DNA from: Paraglomus brasilianum
Lineage: Eukaryota
Direction of reading: 5' to 3'
Assembly (NCBI GenBank): GCA_910592345.1
Contig: CAJVPI010000181.1
Span: 1 to 44,998 of the forward strand
DNA length: 44,998 bases
The notes below the pieces were generated by a model, which did not search any database, was not told the DNA's origin, and worked only from the letters and a program-made list of their open reading frames with translations. This document shows, piece by piece, positions 21,806 to 36,208 of this stretch; the stretch's first letter is position 1; every line of letters starts with the position of its first letter. The position numbers and the translations under genes were made by a program.

Positions 21806-24800
21806 CATTAACATAGAACTGACTAGGAAGTCACTTTTTCGTTATTGAATTGTAGATGTCAATTCTCTTATAAAAATTTCCAACTTGTATTTTCAATTGT
21901 CTTTGGGTTCGAACAAAAAAGGGGTTTATCGTGTACATTAGTATAAATAAATCAATAAAATATTATTACCATAATTACTTGCCTAACGTGAGAATTGTCA
22001 ACATCGGAAAAATTCAGAGGATTGGAAGTTTTATCTTCCAATTATTTCATAGTTATCGCAAAAGTAAAACGAAAGTGTCAAAAATCAGTAATTAACATTC
22101 TTAGGGAAAAACAACGTTAGTGCTTTAATTCATTTTCGTTATTCGGTGGTGAGAGCGGACAGGATTACAGCTGAAATAGAAGACGGCGACCGTTAACCCA
22201 ATCAAACATTAAAGTAGTATGAAGTACGATGTTGATGACGTACAGTATATTCTTCCTCTCTCAATTTCTGCGTAGCTTGAATAAGCGTTGCGATCGTTCC
22301 ATATCGGGACAAAGAATCATGATGTTGCAACATCATTACACGGACAAAAATAAACGTGTTGCGAGGGCAACGATTATAGATATATAAATATCCGACTTTC
22401 CGCTAGAATGCATGTTCACTTTACGGATAGTTTAATCATCTACTCTGAAATACACGATTGATAATCGATTGATATAGTACCACTAATCCCTATATCAATT
22501 AGGAGTATTCGCTTCTTGTCCGCGGATATTCTCGATTGTTATTCGCTTTAAGTAGAAACGCGTTTTACATAAATATAATTACACCCCAACACTATAGGCT
22601 TCCGAATTAATTCCATCAGGAGGAGAATCGTCGATTAACTTGAGGGCGAATAACCGTCTAGGACTTGTGTCTACAGCCACAGCGTTTGCAAATAGCTAAA
22701 CCCCAAGGTCAGCAATCGACCGCCCTCCCGTGATCGTTGACTTGACAGTCGTCAGCGATGTTGATTGCTCTGCTGATCGCGCAGTAAAGGTAAGACCCAA
22801 TGCACCTGTATCCTTTCGTTTAAATGATGATTGGGTTTGGCTTGGTAAAGAGTATATAAATGAAGTATCCGGATTTAGAGCTCAATTGACCAAAAAGCGT
22901 GCAGTAAGATTACTATATACTACTATCATTGCACACGATATGATAAGTTGCGTGTTATTAGAAAAATATTATGTAACGGTTTTACATATCAAATCTAATA
23001 GAAGCAAAGAATTTGTGTGAGAGTTTAAGTTCGTAAAAGTAGATTAGTGGAACGAAGTTTATGACTCTTGGTAGCACATAATGTTGTTCACGAACAATCT
23101 ACTTGCAATAAAAGATAATAAATTTTTAATTTTTTAAATTTATCTTTTATGCAAAAAAAAGCAAGCCTTAATCTTAGCCAAGTGCATTCATCGTATAACA
23201 ATGAATATTTAATTGACTAGCTCTACATTGTTAAAATGTTGCAAATAGGGCAACATTCGTTATTGTAAATAGCTTACTTAGTGCTGGGAATTAATTTTTT
23301 CAGATATTTAATATCTGGCCTACAGTTTGCATCAAGTTTATAACTTATTACTTACTAAATTGTTAGAATTTAAAATTTTATTCTACTAACATTGAAACAT
23401 AAACAATTAATATCGCCGTGCCGGCCGAATTGACGAGCTGACCTTGATTCTCGTAATAGTTGGTGTCTGTTCTAACTCACATAGATACGATCCTGTCAAC
23501 AGTGATCCTGGATGTGGTGAGAGACGATGACTGGTTATAACGGTTTAAGTTACAGAAGCTTTATTTTGTCGAACATGTATTTTTAAATATGTTAACTGTT
23601 GCATTTTCCTTGAACTCTTAATTAGTTCAGTTAACCTTTATTATTCCTGGCTTTTTGACAAAGCTTTCTACCTTATTTAAATATCCCTAGAAAAGCCTTT
23701 GTGTTATTAAATTGCAGAAAAAGTTGTGCTCTGTTTTCTTTTAATCTACTTTCTATTGTACTGTATATTGTATAAAATAAACGTGTATTAGAGTTTCAAA
23801 TTTTGTAAAGTTTGAACATTTGTTAACGCTCTTACTTTTGAAAATATAGACTGCATACTAATACAGGCTAACCAACAAAACCGTCTTAATGCTGCCTTGT
23901 TTTCTGATAGGCAAGTCAGTCAGAAAAACAGAAAAAAGCATTATTTATAATTGTCTGCAAGTGGGACATGTGTTACACCTTCTAATACATTGTTCTTAAG
24001 AATTACTGAGAATAAGTCAAAAATAAACCTATTAGTATTAATTAATGCTTAGCGAATGTTTGTCAATACAGTATAATATAAATATGATAAGTAGGAAAAA
24101 TTTTTATTGTTAGCATTTAATATTTTTACTGATATAAAGTCTATTTTTACTTGAATATAAACTAACTGGTTCTTTGAGGACTCAATATTAGCATGTTCTA
24201 CAGTAACTGGAGTAAACTATATCATAAAAACAAGGAAATTAGATACAAATAATTTAAAGCTTTGTTTAGGAATTGAATGTTAATGAAATGAATTGTGGTC
24301 AGCAATTTATACTTTGCTGTAGCATGTTCATATTATAGCGTCAAAATGTGATAACAATAGATAACATGAGAATTAAGAATTGATGGCATTGTCACCAACG
24401 TCGCCATACACCAACAACTAGGAGCAAAAGCGTTGAATAATAGAGATTACACTTCAGACTTCCTCATAGGCAATAAGACTGAGTGAGTAATTTGTTTGAT
24501 ATGTAATAATATAATTATAATGTTTATTAAATAGGTTACAAGTGAGATAAGCCCGCATCTGGTTTTGAATCTTACGCCAGACTATCAGACATTAAGGAAG
24601 AAACATAAAATGGCCGGGCAAGTGACAACAAATGCAAGAACAAACACGTAAAACTTTATTGAGATACAGTATTTCAAAGAAGACGTGCTTGACGAACGTA
24701 TTGTTAATAATAAAGAGGTGGTATAACGTGACAGTATAAATTAACGTTTTGTCTAATCCTATCAATATATGTATAAATCGTCTTCAAATTGATAATTATT

Positions 24801-25214
24801 TGTTCTTTTCAACTTACTTCGGTATCCATTGTCCATATTGAGTTTCTGCTCTTCTCTCGTACTTTTAATTGATGCGGTGTCAGTCTCACTAAAGCTGCCG
24901 GCGATATTGAAATTGAGGATCCAGGAGATTCGTAAGTCTCGGACCTCAGCTTTGATGTGTTTCTGGGAAACAGATGTATTATTCGCTTGCCATCGGGGAT
25001 GCAAATAAGTCACGTGTGCAAGAAATATTACCATTTTTTGATCAGGGTTTGGAGCAATTGTACAAAGCGTATTATTGGCTGAACGTTATTTGTGATGTCA
25101 AAAATTATGTTTGCAATTATTTTTTAATTAACGAAGGAGAGAAGTTCTTTGATTCGATCTTTCCTTTAGGACAATAGCTCTTTCATTTTTTATTCCATTA
25201 ACAAAAGCTATTAA

Positions 25215-25287
25215 GCCCCAATAGCCTAATGGATATGGCGTCGCCCTCCTAAGGCGGAGGTTCTAGGTTCGAGTCCTAGTTGGGGCG
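25215..25287 (+). tRNA. tRNA-Arg, anticodon CCT, intronless
   Basis: Acceptor stem GCCCCAA/TTGGGGC, D arm TAGCCTAATGGATATGGC, anticodon arm TCGCC-CTCCTAA-GGCGG, T arm CTAGG-TTCGAGT-CCTAG. A TTTT run lies a few bases downstream. Confidence 0.97.
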
Positions 25288-28200
25288 GAATTATTTTGTT
25301 ATGAAGCAACCATATAAATTGCATAGCGTATTACCTCTCGTTAAGCCTGTTATATATACGCGCAAGCTGTAATTATTTTCAGGTCAAGGAAAGGCTTTCT
25401 AGGAGACTTAGATGGTCTTTTTAACAAACTGTCACCGATTAAACAATGAGGCTTTCTATCGTTGGGTCTTATCGCGATAAATGCTAAAAATGTCCCAATA
25501 AATATCGCGCAGCCCGTAATAAACAACTTGGTTAGCAAGTCTGGAAGTTTTTTGAATGCGATCGCTAATACTGACTAATGAGGTATGATGATGATGATCT
25601 TGTTGTGTCTTCCTTACAACCTCGATAGCGGTAGAATAAGACGTCAATAGTCACTTTTGTCCAAACTTTTGTTTATGTTTGATTAGACTTTATAGATGTT
25701 TGTTTAGCCCCCTGGTACTGAACTATGCGTACGCGTTTAAAAAGCCGTTTAATAATATCTGTTAGAGTAAACGGTATAGTAACTGATTTGGTAATTGAGT
25801 TTTAGTATAGGGAATAATGTTTATGGTGGCAATAAGCCTCACTATTAGCTCTACTATTGGTAAATGGTATGATCCAAACGTTTGTTTAATTATAAAAATA
25901 CGAATCCAAATATTTACTTTCTCAGAGAGATTAAATCCTTATTTATACGGTTTAGTACTTTCTCTTTGATATTCTTAAATTGTTTACATCTGCTTTGTTA
26001 ATCTTTTCGTTAAAGTTTCCCTCTCCAACTCGACTACTGACTGCAAGTGCCAAAAACAATTATAAGCTTAAAGTTGCTTAACCACGGTCTTAAATCTTTT
26101 AGTCGCATAACGGTTAATATGAGCAGTATGAGAACTTGGCTCAAACATTATGTAGATTACTTGGAACAAATAAAGCAACTGGTAGTATCAAGACCTTTCG
26201 GTTGCCCCTAGGAAGACGCGTAACCGTAAGGGACATGATGACAATACTGCGCGTACAGCACCCTCTACGAATAATCGCACTATGTAAGTGCACGCCTTTG
26301 CTTGATCGCATAAGAGCGCTATACATTTCTGTCCTCTGCTCGTACAAACGCTCTCCAGACATTTCCTTTACTACCGAAGAGGGTTTTCTGTACTTGCTTT
26401 TCCCAAATTATCACATGACTGCTGTAATTAAGATAGTTTCCTTCTGCCGTTATACCTGTACTGATACCATGGCCTATCAGATTTCCGATCGACGTCTCCG
26501 AAAATAACAAAGAAGGTTCGATGATATTACTTTACGTAATATGGTAATTAATGAGTTCACGAGGATTATCATTGTAATTGAATGATCCAATGAAAAAGCT
26601 ACTTTGAAGGGGACAAAAAGATGCGGGAGTGGAATAATTACGATAGAATGATCCAGATGGTCCATTGGTCTAACAATTGCTGTGTTTCGGTCGGTCTTTC
26701 TTCCTCTCCATGTCCAGAGAATACCTTGTTAGTGGAGATATGTATTTCATATAACATGTTAATTATTATTTAATTTCCGTACATTTGATGGCATTGTTAA
26801 CCGTTTGGTTGTTGTATGCTTTCATTAGTATAAATATACATATGCAATACCAATACGCTGATTGACATTATGTCTGGAAATGCTAAGCAACCTTTGTCCG
26901 GTTTCCGCTTTCTTGTCTCACATGGTTCTGTTTGTTCGTGTTGTCAGAGCAACATTTATTTTAGTGGTTCAATACGATTGACCAAAGCTAATTGGTAGTT
27001 TTATGTGATCATAGATCACATTAATTAATACTAAATTTATTTGCCGATTAGCATGTTATAATGAATACCATAATAAGTTAGGGTAAAATAAAGTTTGGTT
27101 TCGTTTCTCTATAAACAATACAAATTCGGATTACTATAAATGTAGAATCGAATAAAATTCGGAATCAATAACTAACACTTATTCCGGCCAGTGGGGACGA
27201 CACAACCATAATATCTATGAAACAAACACTTGTAATGAATTTGAAACTCATGAAGAAATCAGCCAACAAAGTAGACAAGAAATGACTTATATTAATTATT
27301 ATCGGCACAATACTAACAAATGCGTTATTTGCATTTTGGTGTAATATTAATTTCATTGTTTTTTTATCGTTCTATGCATTCCAGAGTTTTCTTGGTAGAA
27401 CGTCTGTTGCATCCAGTGTTTTATGCATGTGTCTTAGACGACCGGCGATAAACGCGTGATACTGTATATGCATCAAGTGGAAGCAACTAAACATATGCGC
27501 ATATGTAATATGGGTACAAATCTATATGCTATGCTACAGTGCGAGTAAATTGTTACAAATGGCATAATATTGTTCTGTATTTATTGTTCTCGAGAGGTTT
27601 CATGTGAATATTTAATAATAGAGACGCGTGCATGGTGAGTATCAATGAGACGACAAGGCAAGTAATTGGGTTATTTCCAATGTTTTGAACTCAAATTCAA
27701 AATTCAAGCAGGCGTGTAACGATAACAAAATGATACTGCAGAGAGGCATAAGATTAAGGAAATCAAAATAGAAGATTTTCCAATGAAGTATGCAAAAATT
27801 TATAACGCACCTTACTTTTTAAATATAAACCCGGCGGACAAATGACTAATAAATCACTATCAGCGAGAAGACCCTGTATGTGTTATATATAGTTCGACAA
27901 GGTTGGGTTACTTGAAAAGTTTTTGATTTGTTTACCATGACCTAGATAGATTTGTACTCCTGGCACTCCTAGGAGACGTCGTAGATATAACAACGTCTGA
28001 ATTAGTATATATGAAACATGCATGGCTAACCTAATTAAGTCGATCAAGCAACGAACAGGGAAGCGTAAACTTTATTGCCCGACTAAAGGTTAGCGAGTCT
28101 CAACATTAAATGAGCTGATTTTCTTTTGTAACACGATGGTCATATCACGCCAATCATACTACCACCAATTTAATTATCGTATGCCCTGCTCACGCTTTTA

Positions 28201-31002
28201 TTGGGAAATTGCTGGGAAGGGCGGGAAATACCTGTATTACAGGAATGTGGCCTTGTGTATATTAATAAGAATGATAACAAAGTATGTGGGAATAAACTAA
28301 TTATATGTATGCTGTCCTACATGATTGTATCATTGTTTTATAATGTTTATGTACTTTTTCAACTGTATGTATGCTACGTCGGCGTAGAAATCATCCAATG
28401 AAAGATGAACCATATCGGCTGACGACCTCAGAGTGATTGCGTTTATTGCGTTTAAAGTTATTGATCAAGACATGCTATCAATATCAGAAATGCTAATCAA
28501 TGAAATCAATACTAATTAATATCGCTACAGTGACTCTATTGGCCGATTATGTAAGTACCTTACGGACTCTGGTTATATGTGCACGTGGCAAATATATTAA
28601 AATTGTTCGATACAAGTTAATTAGCCTATTGTACATACTGTATATATATGTGATATTCGCAGAAAGTAAATGGTTGATGGCAAAAGTGTGTAAAATGTCA
28701 TTAGTATATCAGGAATATCGCAACACAACACAACACAACCCAACACAACCCAACACGACACCGAAACCTAATTTCTGAAAACGGCATTTTGCGATATTAC
28801 TTCAGGGGTGGTCGGGCTATACGAAACTTTATCATATAGCATTATCCTTATGCAGAATGATGGGGGATGGGGGATGGGGCGATTCATTGACGTCTTGGCA
28901 TTTTTCTGAAATTTCAAATATTCGCAGCATCTTCTTTGCGATATCAGCAAATGCACGATCTTAATAATAAAATGCTTGTTGATGTCACCAACTATAGTTT
29001 GATGTCACCATTGACAAACACTATCGCCCTCGTAGCCGCTTATTCGACCTCCGTTATGTCACAAACAAAACAATACTGTTAGCGAAAGGAAACAGTACAT
29101 GGATTTCCATTAATATCATGTTCACGTACGCCTAAACAATGTCTTTGTTTAGCAAGGGAACAGAGAGATGAGGAGGAAGAGGAGGGTCGAACCGAGTCAT
29201 TAGCAGAATATTGAATATGGATTACTAATATGATATCAAATTAGAAAATCAGGGAATGAATTAATAATGAAGTAAGCATGTTAAACGGGTCCTAGGAATG
29301 ATGTAATCAAGTGTAATACTCTAGATAATCACCGAGACATATTAGTCATATCACAACATTGTTTATATTCGGTGCGTGATGGTAAATGAGAAAGACATCT
29401 TTATTGGGCATAAGGGCATATAGGCCATGGGCATGCGAAAATCGAGATCGTGTTCACCATCACTGAATGTCCCTTGGTCGCACATCGTCTCCGACTCTTT
29501 CTTTCGCTAACTATCGTCAGATCCGTCCAGTAACACTAACATACAAGGCATAAACAAACAATAAAGGAATATGAGCCCTGCATGTAATATATACTAAAGC
29601 TGACACGCTCTCGTGCAACACCGCAGTTCATGCGGGTAAAGATAGGGGTCATGGAAAGGGCGAGAGGAAAATATATCTACACTCGGTATTATAGATGCAA
29701 AAACATATATAATTATGCATTACTGCTCCAATCCCTGTTATATTCCGGATACACCCTGAATAATGCCGTATGCGGGCACATGATAATCGTTTATGTTTTC
29801 CCTTTATGTTTTTAAGTTAAATTAAATATCAATGTGCCGCCGTTATATATCTCTCATATCTCGTCGGCAAATCATTGTAAAAGGTCGCATAGTTTTATAA
29901 AACCTAGACGAGTTAAATCACTTTTTTTTTTCCCATTTACCAGACAAGCAAAAGCAAAAGCAAAAAATCATGTTACCTCTACTCTGCAAAGCCGCTAAAT
30001 CGCCGAATATTGAAAAAGTAGAGAAAACAAAAATGCCCGAATATCTGCAGCCATGCACTAAATATATAGGGGGTCTGTGAGAAGTTTCTCCCAATTAAAG
30101 TTTATTTTGATTGCGCCATATACAGAAAATAATGTAACTGTAAACAAAGTTTATGTTCCACCCTACGATAGGTATCCCGTTTCTCGAAATATCCTTTGTT
30201 GTTGCATTACTAATTGTCTATTGGATGTACGGCTGGATAATTAACAGTGTGTGGTATACCATCGTCAAGTTGTCACGGATGTGCTCATAATCCACAAAGA
30301 ACAAAGAGAATGCCCAAAGGATAAAGGATTGTAACATGTTGCTAGAATAAAGACTTGGCCGTGTTCTAACTTGTGTGATACCATCTAATTATTAAAAGCA
30401 TGTCGATGTATTACAAAGTGCACCACGGGCATATATTATACCGCCGTAATGTTATATTGTATTCGGTAATAATAAGGACTTGGAAGAAGATAAAATAAAT
30501 ATATATAAAAAAAAAAGAAACTATACTCGATTCTATACTACCCCCCCTTTTTTTCTTATCACAGAGACCGATCATTCTATTTCAGGTCTAATTAGAGACA
30601 AAAACATTTCATCTATTTACCCTAAATACCACTGCTTATTGGAACGTCTTATTTACGATGTTTACATGCAATGATCTTCGCCGAGAAGGTTTTGTTGCTT
30701 TTATTTGGTGATATTAGCATTTGTGATAGAAAAGTTGGGGCGATGCAACCTTTTGTTTATGCGTAAGCGATGAAAGAGGGCGCATAAAGAGAAGGTGAAA
30801 TGCACAGAGTGAGAACAAAAAGAAAATCGTCCAACTGAACCAATTTTGTGCTGCGGATGTATAACAATATGATGATATCGATAGGTGCCTGTCAAGTATC
30901 TGCAAATGTTGTATATATGCTTGCATCTTACAACGCGTATTATTAAAGCCTACTTTGTAAATGATGACAAATACCAGTATAATAAATGAATGAAATAACA
31001 AG

Positions 31003-31066
31003 TAACAACAACGACTCTAGCAACAACGACTCTAACAACAACGACTCTAACAATAACAATAGTAAC
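31003..31066. repeat. 15-bp tandem repeat (AACAACAACGACTCT) x3 plus degenerate flanks
   Basis: Seen directly downstream of the large HMG gene. Confidence 0.85.
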
Positions 31067-31695
31067 ATATGATTAAGTGTTTCTACCAGAGTAGAAAGGA
31101 CATCTATACTAGTCCGAGGTAACGATAACGAGTGCAGCATAAAAGTTCTTGTGGCTAATCATAAGGAAAGGAGTGCATCATTGCATTACACTTCTGCAGC
31201 CTAGCAGTTACTCTTAGATCCCCCGATGAATCTAAAAATATTCTTGTGCAAATACGATGTGATCTAACCATATTGGTCTTGCTCATACCAATTCCCCTCT
31301 CCTCTTGTTCTCTAACATCACGATTAAACTCCCCCCCCCCCCCAAAAAAAAAACTCATCGCATCACAATCGACACATTGGACAGAATATTTAAATATTTA
31401 TTTTGTATTTTACAAAAATTTTTTATTTTTTATCATTAACTTACAATTGAAATTATAAGCAAGAGAAAAAAAAACAACTCAAGTTAAAGAAACCTTTTCT
31501 TCTCTCTCTACTCTACTTTCTATTTGCAGTTGTAGTATGTTCATTATATGTATGGAGAGTCTTTTTTTTTTATCTTCTTGCTTTCTCTGTACAAAAAAAG
31601 TTAGCGCTTGAATAAATTCAGCAATGTGAAAGAAATAAATAATACAAGAAAAATAGAAACAAAGTAAAAGCGAATAAATAGTAGATATGTTCCCA

Positions 31696-33758
31696 TCAAA
31701 CTATGAAACCCCAGCAATCATCAGTCGTTGTCTGTAATTCATTATGCTGTACATGTGGGACTGGTACCACCACCCCCTCCATAACGTCTGAAGCCATGTT
31801 TACCATACCGCAATAATCATTAACACTCTGTGCTACTTTGCCTTCATGAATTGTCTGTAGAGGTGCTTTGGGACATCCGCCACAATTACTGCAAGCACCA
31901 CTGCCGCCCACTCCAGACCAGGGAGCAAAGCCAAGTGGTGTAGTAGGCGTTGGAGGTGCTACTGTCGTGGCCGTTGTCATTGGAACTACCCCTGGCATGC
32001 TCATTACCCAGGCATCCTGAGGAAGACTAATGGATAGATCGGAACTAAGTGAAGGTTGTGGAGGAGGATTGGCTGTGGATGTTGGATTAGGGTTACACGA
32101 AATATCGTCGTAGAATTTGAATTCATTGTCAAATGATTGAAACGGTGGTGTCATCATTTGTTGAACAGGTGCAGTAACAGTCGGAGTAATAGGAGCAGCA
32201 GCGGGAGTATTGATGATATTTGATGTAGAAGAAATATGATTGGAATTCTCTGAAGCAGAGTCACGAGGAAAAAGTGCGGAAACGTCGGGCGTTATTATGT
32301 TGGATGTTGTAGAAGGATTAATAGTTGCTGAATGGTATGCTCCTTGGTTGATTATAAGTTTGAGAATTTCATCGATGAGAGCTTGCTCAGATATAATAGC
32401 ACCATTAGAATCCGTGAATTCAGCACCTAATAGTCGATCTCCCCCTATCAACTGAAATAGCCCACTATTCATTTGGCTATCCAATTGAATCTGGGGCTCG
32501 GTTCCCATCTGAGCGTAATTTAATAATTGTCCTTGCCCAGGTTGCGCATGCACAGACGCAAATTGTCCTGAAACGATACCATTATTTAATCCATTATCCC
32601 AGGATGTGATTGTAGGAGTATTGTGTGTTTCGAGTATGCATGCATGCTGAGATGCGTGTTGGGAAGTTATTTGTGCAGCGGATTGCTGCTGTAATGTGAG
32701 TATTCGTGGCTGCGACGGCTGAATAGGTTTCTTCTCTTCAGCTAATTCAAAGACAGTAAATGCAGATTCCATTGATGCTTGTTTTCTGTGCTCTATAGGT
32801 ACTTGATCGACATTCTTTTCGTCTTCGTTCTTATTATTATCCGATGAACCACATGAATTCTGTCCCTCCTTTCCTTTTCCTTTGTTCTTTTTTGGTTTGT
32901 ACTTGTAGAATGGGTATTTCTTTTTGTGTTCTACCAACGCCAGGTCAGCTTCTCTCTGGTAGCGCAGTTTTATGTCTTCAGGCTCCTCTCGCCACATCTC
33001 TGCCACAGTTTTCGAAGGATGACGATCATCAGAGACTGACCGTTTGACGGCTGCTAATTCCTTAGATTTAGTTCGATGATAAATGATGAATGCATTGGGT
33101 GGTCTTGGAACTTTGGAGTCGTAAGGTTTAGGTGAAGGAGAGGCGCCTCCTGACAGCCGACGTTTCTTTATAGTCTGTTGAAAAGATTAGGAAGGGTAAA
33201 TATAAAGAAAGTCAATAATTTGCTGATTGATTTTACAAAAGATATAAATATAAGCCCGCATTCAATTCGTTTAGCTTAGCATATCTGCAAGCAATAGATA
33301 CATGCATAAAAGTACATCTGATGCAATTCTTTCAGCCACAACTATCTTTTTCGATTCTCTCTTACACGTCTGATGTTCTCCCGCATTACCTGGTTATATG
33401 CGTCTGATGCCCATGATAATTGACCTTTGTTAAGATCGTTATTTATCTCCTGTTTCATAACTTGTTCACCGAGTGGCTGAGGAGTAACAATTTTGTTCTG
33501 TTCATTTAACGGATTGAATGGTTTAACGAATATTTGAGGCTGCTTGAATGGGAGAGGAAATCCTTTATCTTGTACAACCGGAGTATCACCCATTGGTAAT
33601 TCAAAAGGAGGCGAAGAGAATATGGATAACGCGGTCGAACGGTCCAAGGCATGAGGGGAGATATTGTGTGTAGGAAGAACGGTGGTCATGGCGGTGTCAG
33701 CAGAGGGAGAAGCGGAGATCTCGTAGGAGTTCCAAGGATGTAACAGATTTTGCTCCAT
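31696..33758 (-). CDS. Large MATA-type HMG-box transcription factor (two exons, about 615 aa), HMG-C
   Basis: Exon 1 is 33758-33390 (donor CAG|GTAATG; an alternative in-phase donor lies at about 33366). The intron ends ctaatcttttcaacag. Exon 2 from 33174 reads TIKKRRLSGG..KVPRPPNAFIIYHRTKSKELAAVKRSVSDDRHPSKTVAEMWREEPEDIKLRYQREADLALVEHKKKYPFYKYKPKK, then a Q/P/S/T-rich tail. Confidence 0.93.
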
Positions 33759-33899
33759 CGACACGAGAATGATAAAAGGGTTTATGATATGATAGTGTGT
33801 GGATTAGATAATGAAGGGAATTTAGCTATAATGTTCCCAATGACTGATCTATGTTGTTTGTTGCACGTATGTTTTCCAAATAAGTATAGAACAGTTGAG

Positions 33900-34070
33900 G
33901 GAGTTTATAAACGACAACGCTGATTCATTAGGAAGGCAAGGGGATTATACGCATACAACCATTATAGTGCACTTTTAACAAAGAGCAATTTTCAAGGAAA
34001 AAACGAGAAGGTGGGGGAACCGTAGTTTTTTATATAAAAATCTAATATATTACACAGTGCTTGATTGGCT
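33900..34070 (-). promoter_or_regulatory. Candidate core promoter of HMG-C
   Basis: Minus-strand TATAAA at about 33904-33909, palindromic TTTTTATATAAAAA at 34027-34040, and CCAAT at about 34064-34068. Confidence 0.4.
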
Positions 34071-36208
34071 GGTGGCCGGAATAATTTCAATCAATAAATT
34101 TTTCCAGTAGATTGAATTATTTAAACTGTGTGACCCAACAAATATACGCTTTTATTTTTCCCCCCCCCCCTCTTTTATTTAATTCCAATAATTTAGGTTT
34201 CTGAAAAACCTTCATGACCAAAAATCTTCCACTTACATATTAGTGTATTATATTATCGGCCGTTCATTTTTCCCATTATCCATTATCCTGCTCATTATCC
34301 TGCTCATTATCCTAGTCATTACCCCACTCACTACCCCACTCATTATCGACCGCATAGCATCGCATAGTATGCTTGTTTTTTTTTTTTTTCGGCTCTGGCG
34401 AATGTATTTACTATATAAATATAAACATGTCTATTTATTTAGTGTATACTGTATACTCTTTGTTTCTATGACCGACCGTGCGGTAGTATTGATGTATACC
34501 TAGTATGTATTACTAACTTAAAGATTTCATTTGCTAATGAATATTGATTATCTAATTATGTATAAGTATGGGAGTCCTTTAAGTCCCTTCTTTTCCGGGA
34601 TTACAAGTGCCTAACCGAACTGAGCAATATCTCACAAAATTATTAGGCGGGTGTGCCTTTTTAGGTTTATGGCATTGTCGATTGTTAAGTGTTTGGATTT
34701 CCTATCCTCGCCGACAAAAACATTACTAAATGTGGTAGTTACCTAGAAGCTTTGTTAGACCCCGGAGTAAATGCATGTCAATTTACTATAAATATCAATG
34801 ACAGAAATACAGCTTACGGATATCAGACAATTTGTTATTCGTTTAATGGCTTTTAATATGAACTTAATACAAAAGTTGTATCGAATATATTGGTTTGTAA
34901 TTACCATTTGAAGGTCTTAATATGTTTGTATTATATTAATCTATGCATAATGGTGGTTACCGCATAATAAAATGCATCTTTAAAATCGGTTGTATTCCAT
35001 CGGATTCATGCACATGTATTTGCTACAGTCCCAAGCCAAGCCAAGCGAGCGCGATGCTTGACTTGAGAATTGGGGCTAATCTTTTATGACGACAATGTTG
35101 CGATATATTATTATGTTATCATCATATCAGCAGCAGCGTATTCGCAACACCGCATTCTCATGCATTAGTTTTTCCAAGTTTGTAACACAAAATATCGAGG
35201 TTTTATTAATAGCTCATTGTATTAGACGAAAATAAAAAAGAAGTTGGGAAAGACTTTGTTTGGCGCACAGTGATCAATATAAGATTGTGAATAGAAGCAA
35301 GTAGAATAAAAGGTGAATATGCAAAACCACAGGTTGAATGTTATGCTGGCCGTCGTAAACATAAATTTAAGTTTTTATTATTGACTACATTCGGATGTGC
35401 ATCTGATTATTATAGGTGCCAATATCACAGCAATTTGCTCTTGTCTCCACTAATCTGCTCTTGTCTCCACATCATAGACAACGAATACGTTCGGTTCTTT
35501 TTGCATGCCAAGCAGTTTAATGAGTAACATGTTTACGTCATCAAATCACGTCTAACAAACAACGGCTTTTCGTAACAAGGAAATTCCTGTAAAACACTCT
35601 TGACCATAGAATCACGCTATCTATTCCCTCCAGTAGAAACTAATAGTACACGTGACTGTATGTGTTTTCGTGGTTATTAATCGACTATATGGATCAACAT
35701 ACGGGTACAGAAACAGTTGCGTGATATTACAATATCCGAAAATGCACATTCATTCTAAGTACAACGCCTTTACATTAGACGCGTAACAAAGACATTCGTC
35801 GGCGCTTTTAATCAACAATTAATATGTCTATACAATTGTTCATGATTATCAAACACACGATTTCTGCAGATTACTTATAAAACATGCATAGTCGCTTTGC
35901 CCGAAACAACAAAGATGCGCTTGCAATTAACATTGGTGCAATAAGGAACGAGTATAAGATTATCGAATAATGGTCATATGAGTAAACATGTATACGAACA
36001 AGAGTATAATTATTGGTATGCCATGACTCGACATTCAGAATGTGCGTGCGTGCATATATTTTGAAAAGAATTGTTCCAATCAAGCGCAGATGGGCGTTTG
36101 TGAAAGGAAAAGATGGGAGTAAAAAAAAAAAAGAAAGAGAGAGACAATTACATAATTCGTGAGACTGCATGCATGTAAGTTTACATTAAGATCTTTATTT
36201 AATAATAT

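Noticed and set aside
21293..21816. Three overlapping His/Phe/Ser-rich ORFs (129-172 aa)
   Set aside because: All three frames are open only because the 15-bp repeat lacks stop codons. Starts are non-ATG and the ORFs coincide with the minisatellite.
24380..25177. Exon-like fragments with splice signals upstream of the tRNA
   Set aside because: No consistent reading frame or recognisable domain.
25350..25538. Minus-strand ORF ending CAYI with a hydrophobic N-terminus
   Set aside because: Non-ATG start, poor CAAX fit and no other support.
26290..26400. GSKGNVWRAF...YAIK fragment resembling kinase subdomains I-II (minus strand)
   Set aside because: Interrupted by a stop, and no downstream catalytic motifs were found.
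27282..27344. 20-aa ORF MTYINYYRHNTNKCVICILV ending in a CAAX-like motif (possible lipopeptide pheromone)
   Set aside because: Several out-of-frame ATGs lie between the nearest TATA and this start, there is no second copy, and such short ORFs are expected by chance.
3597..33758. Canonical Mucorales sex locus or Glomeromycotina HD1/HD2 MAT locus
   Set aside because: No triose phosphate transporter, RNA helicase or homeodomain genes are present in the window.
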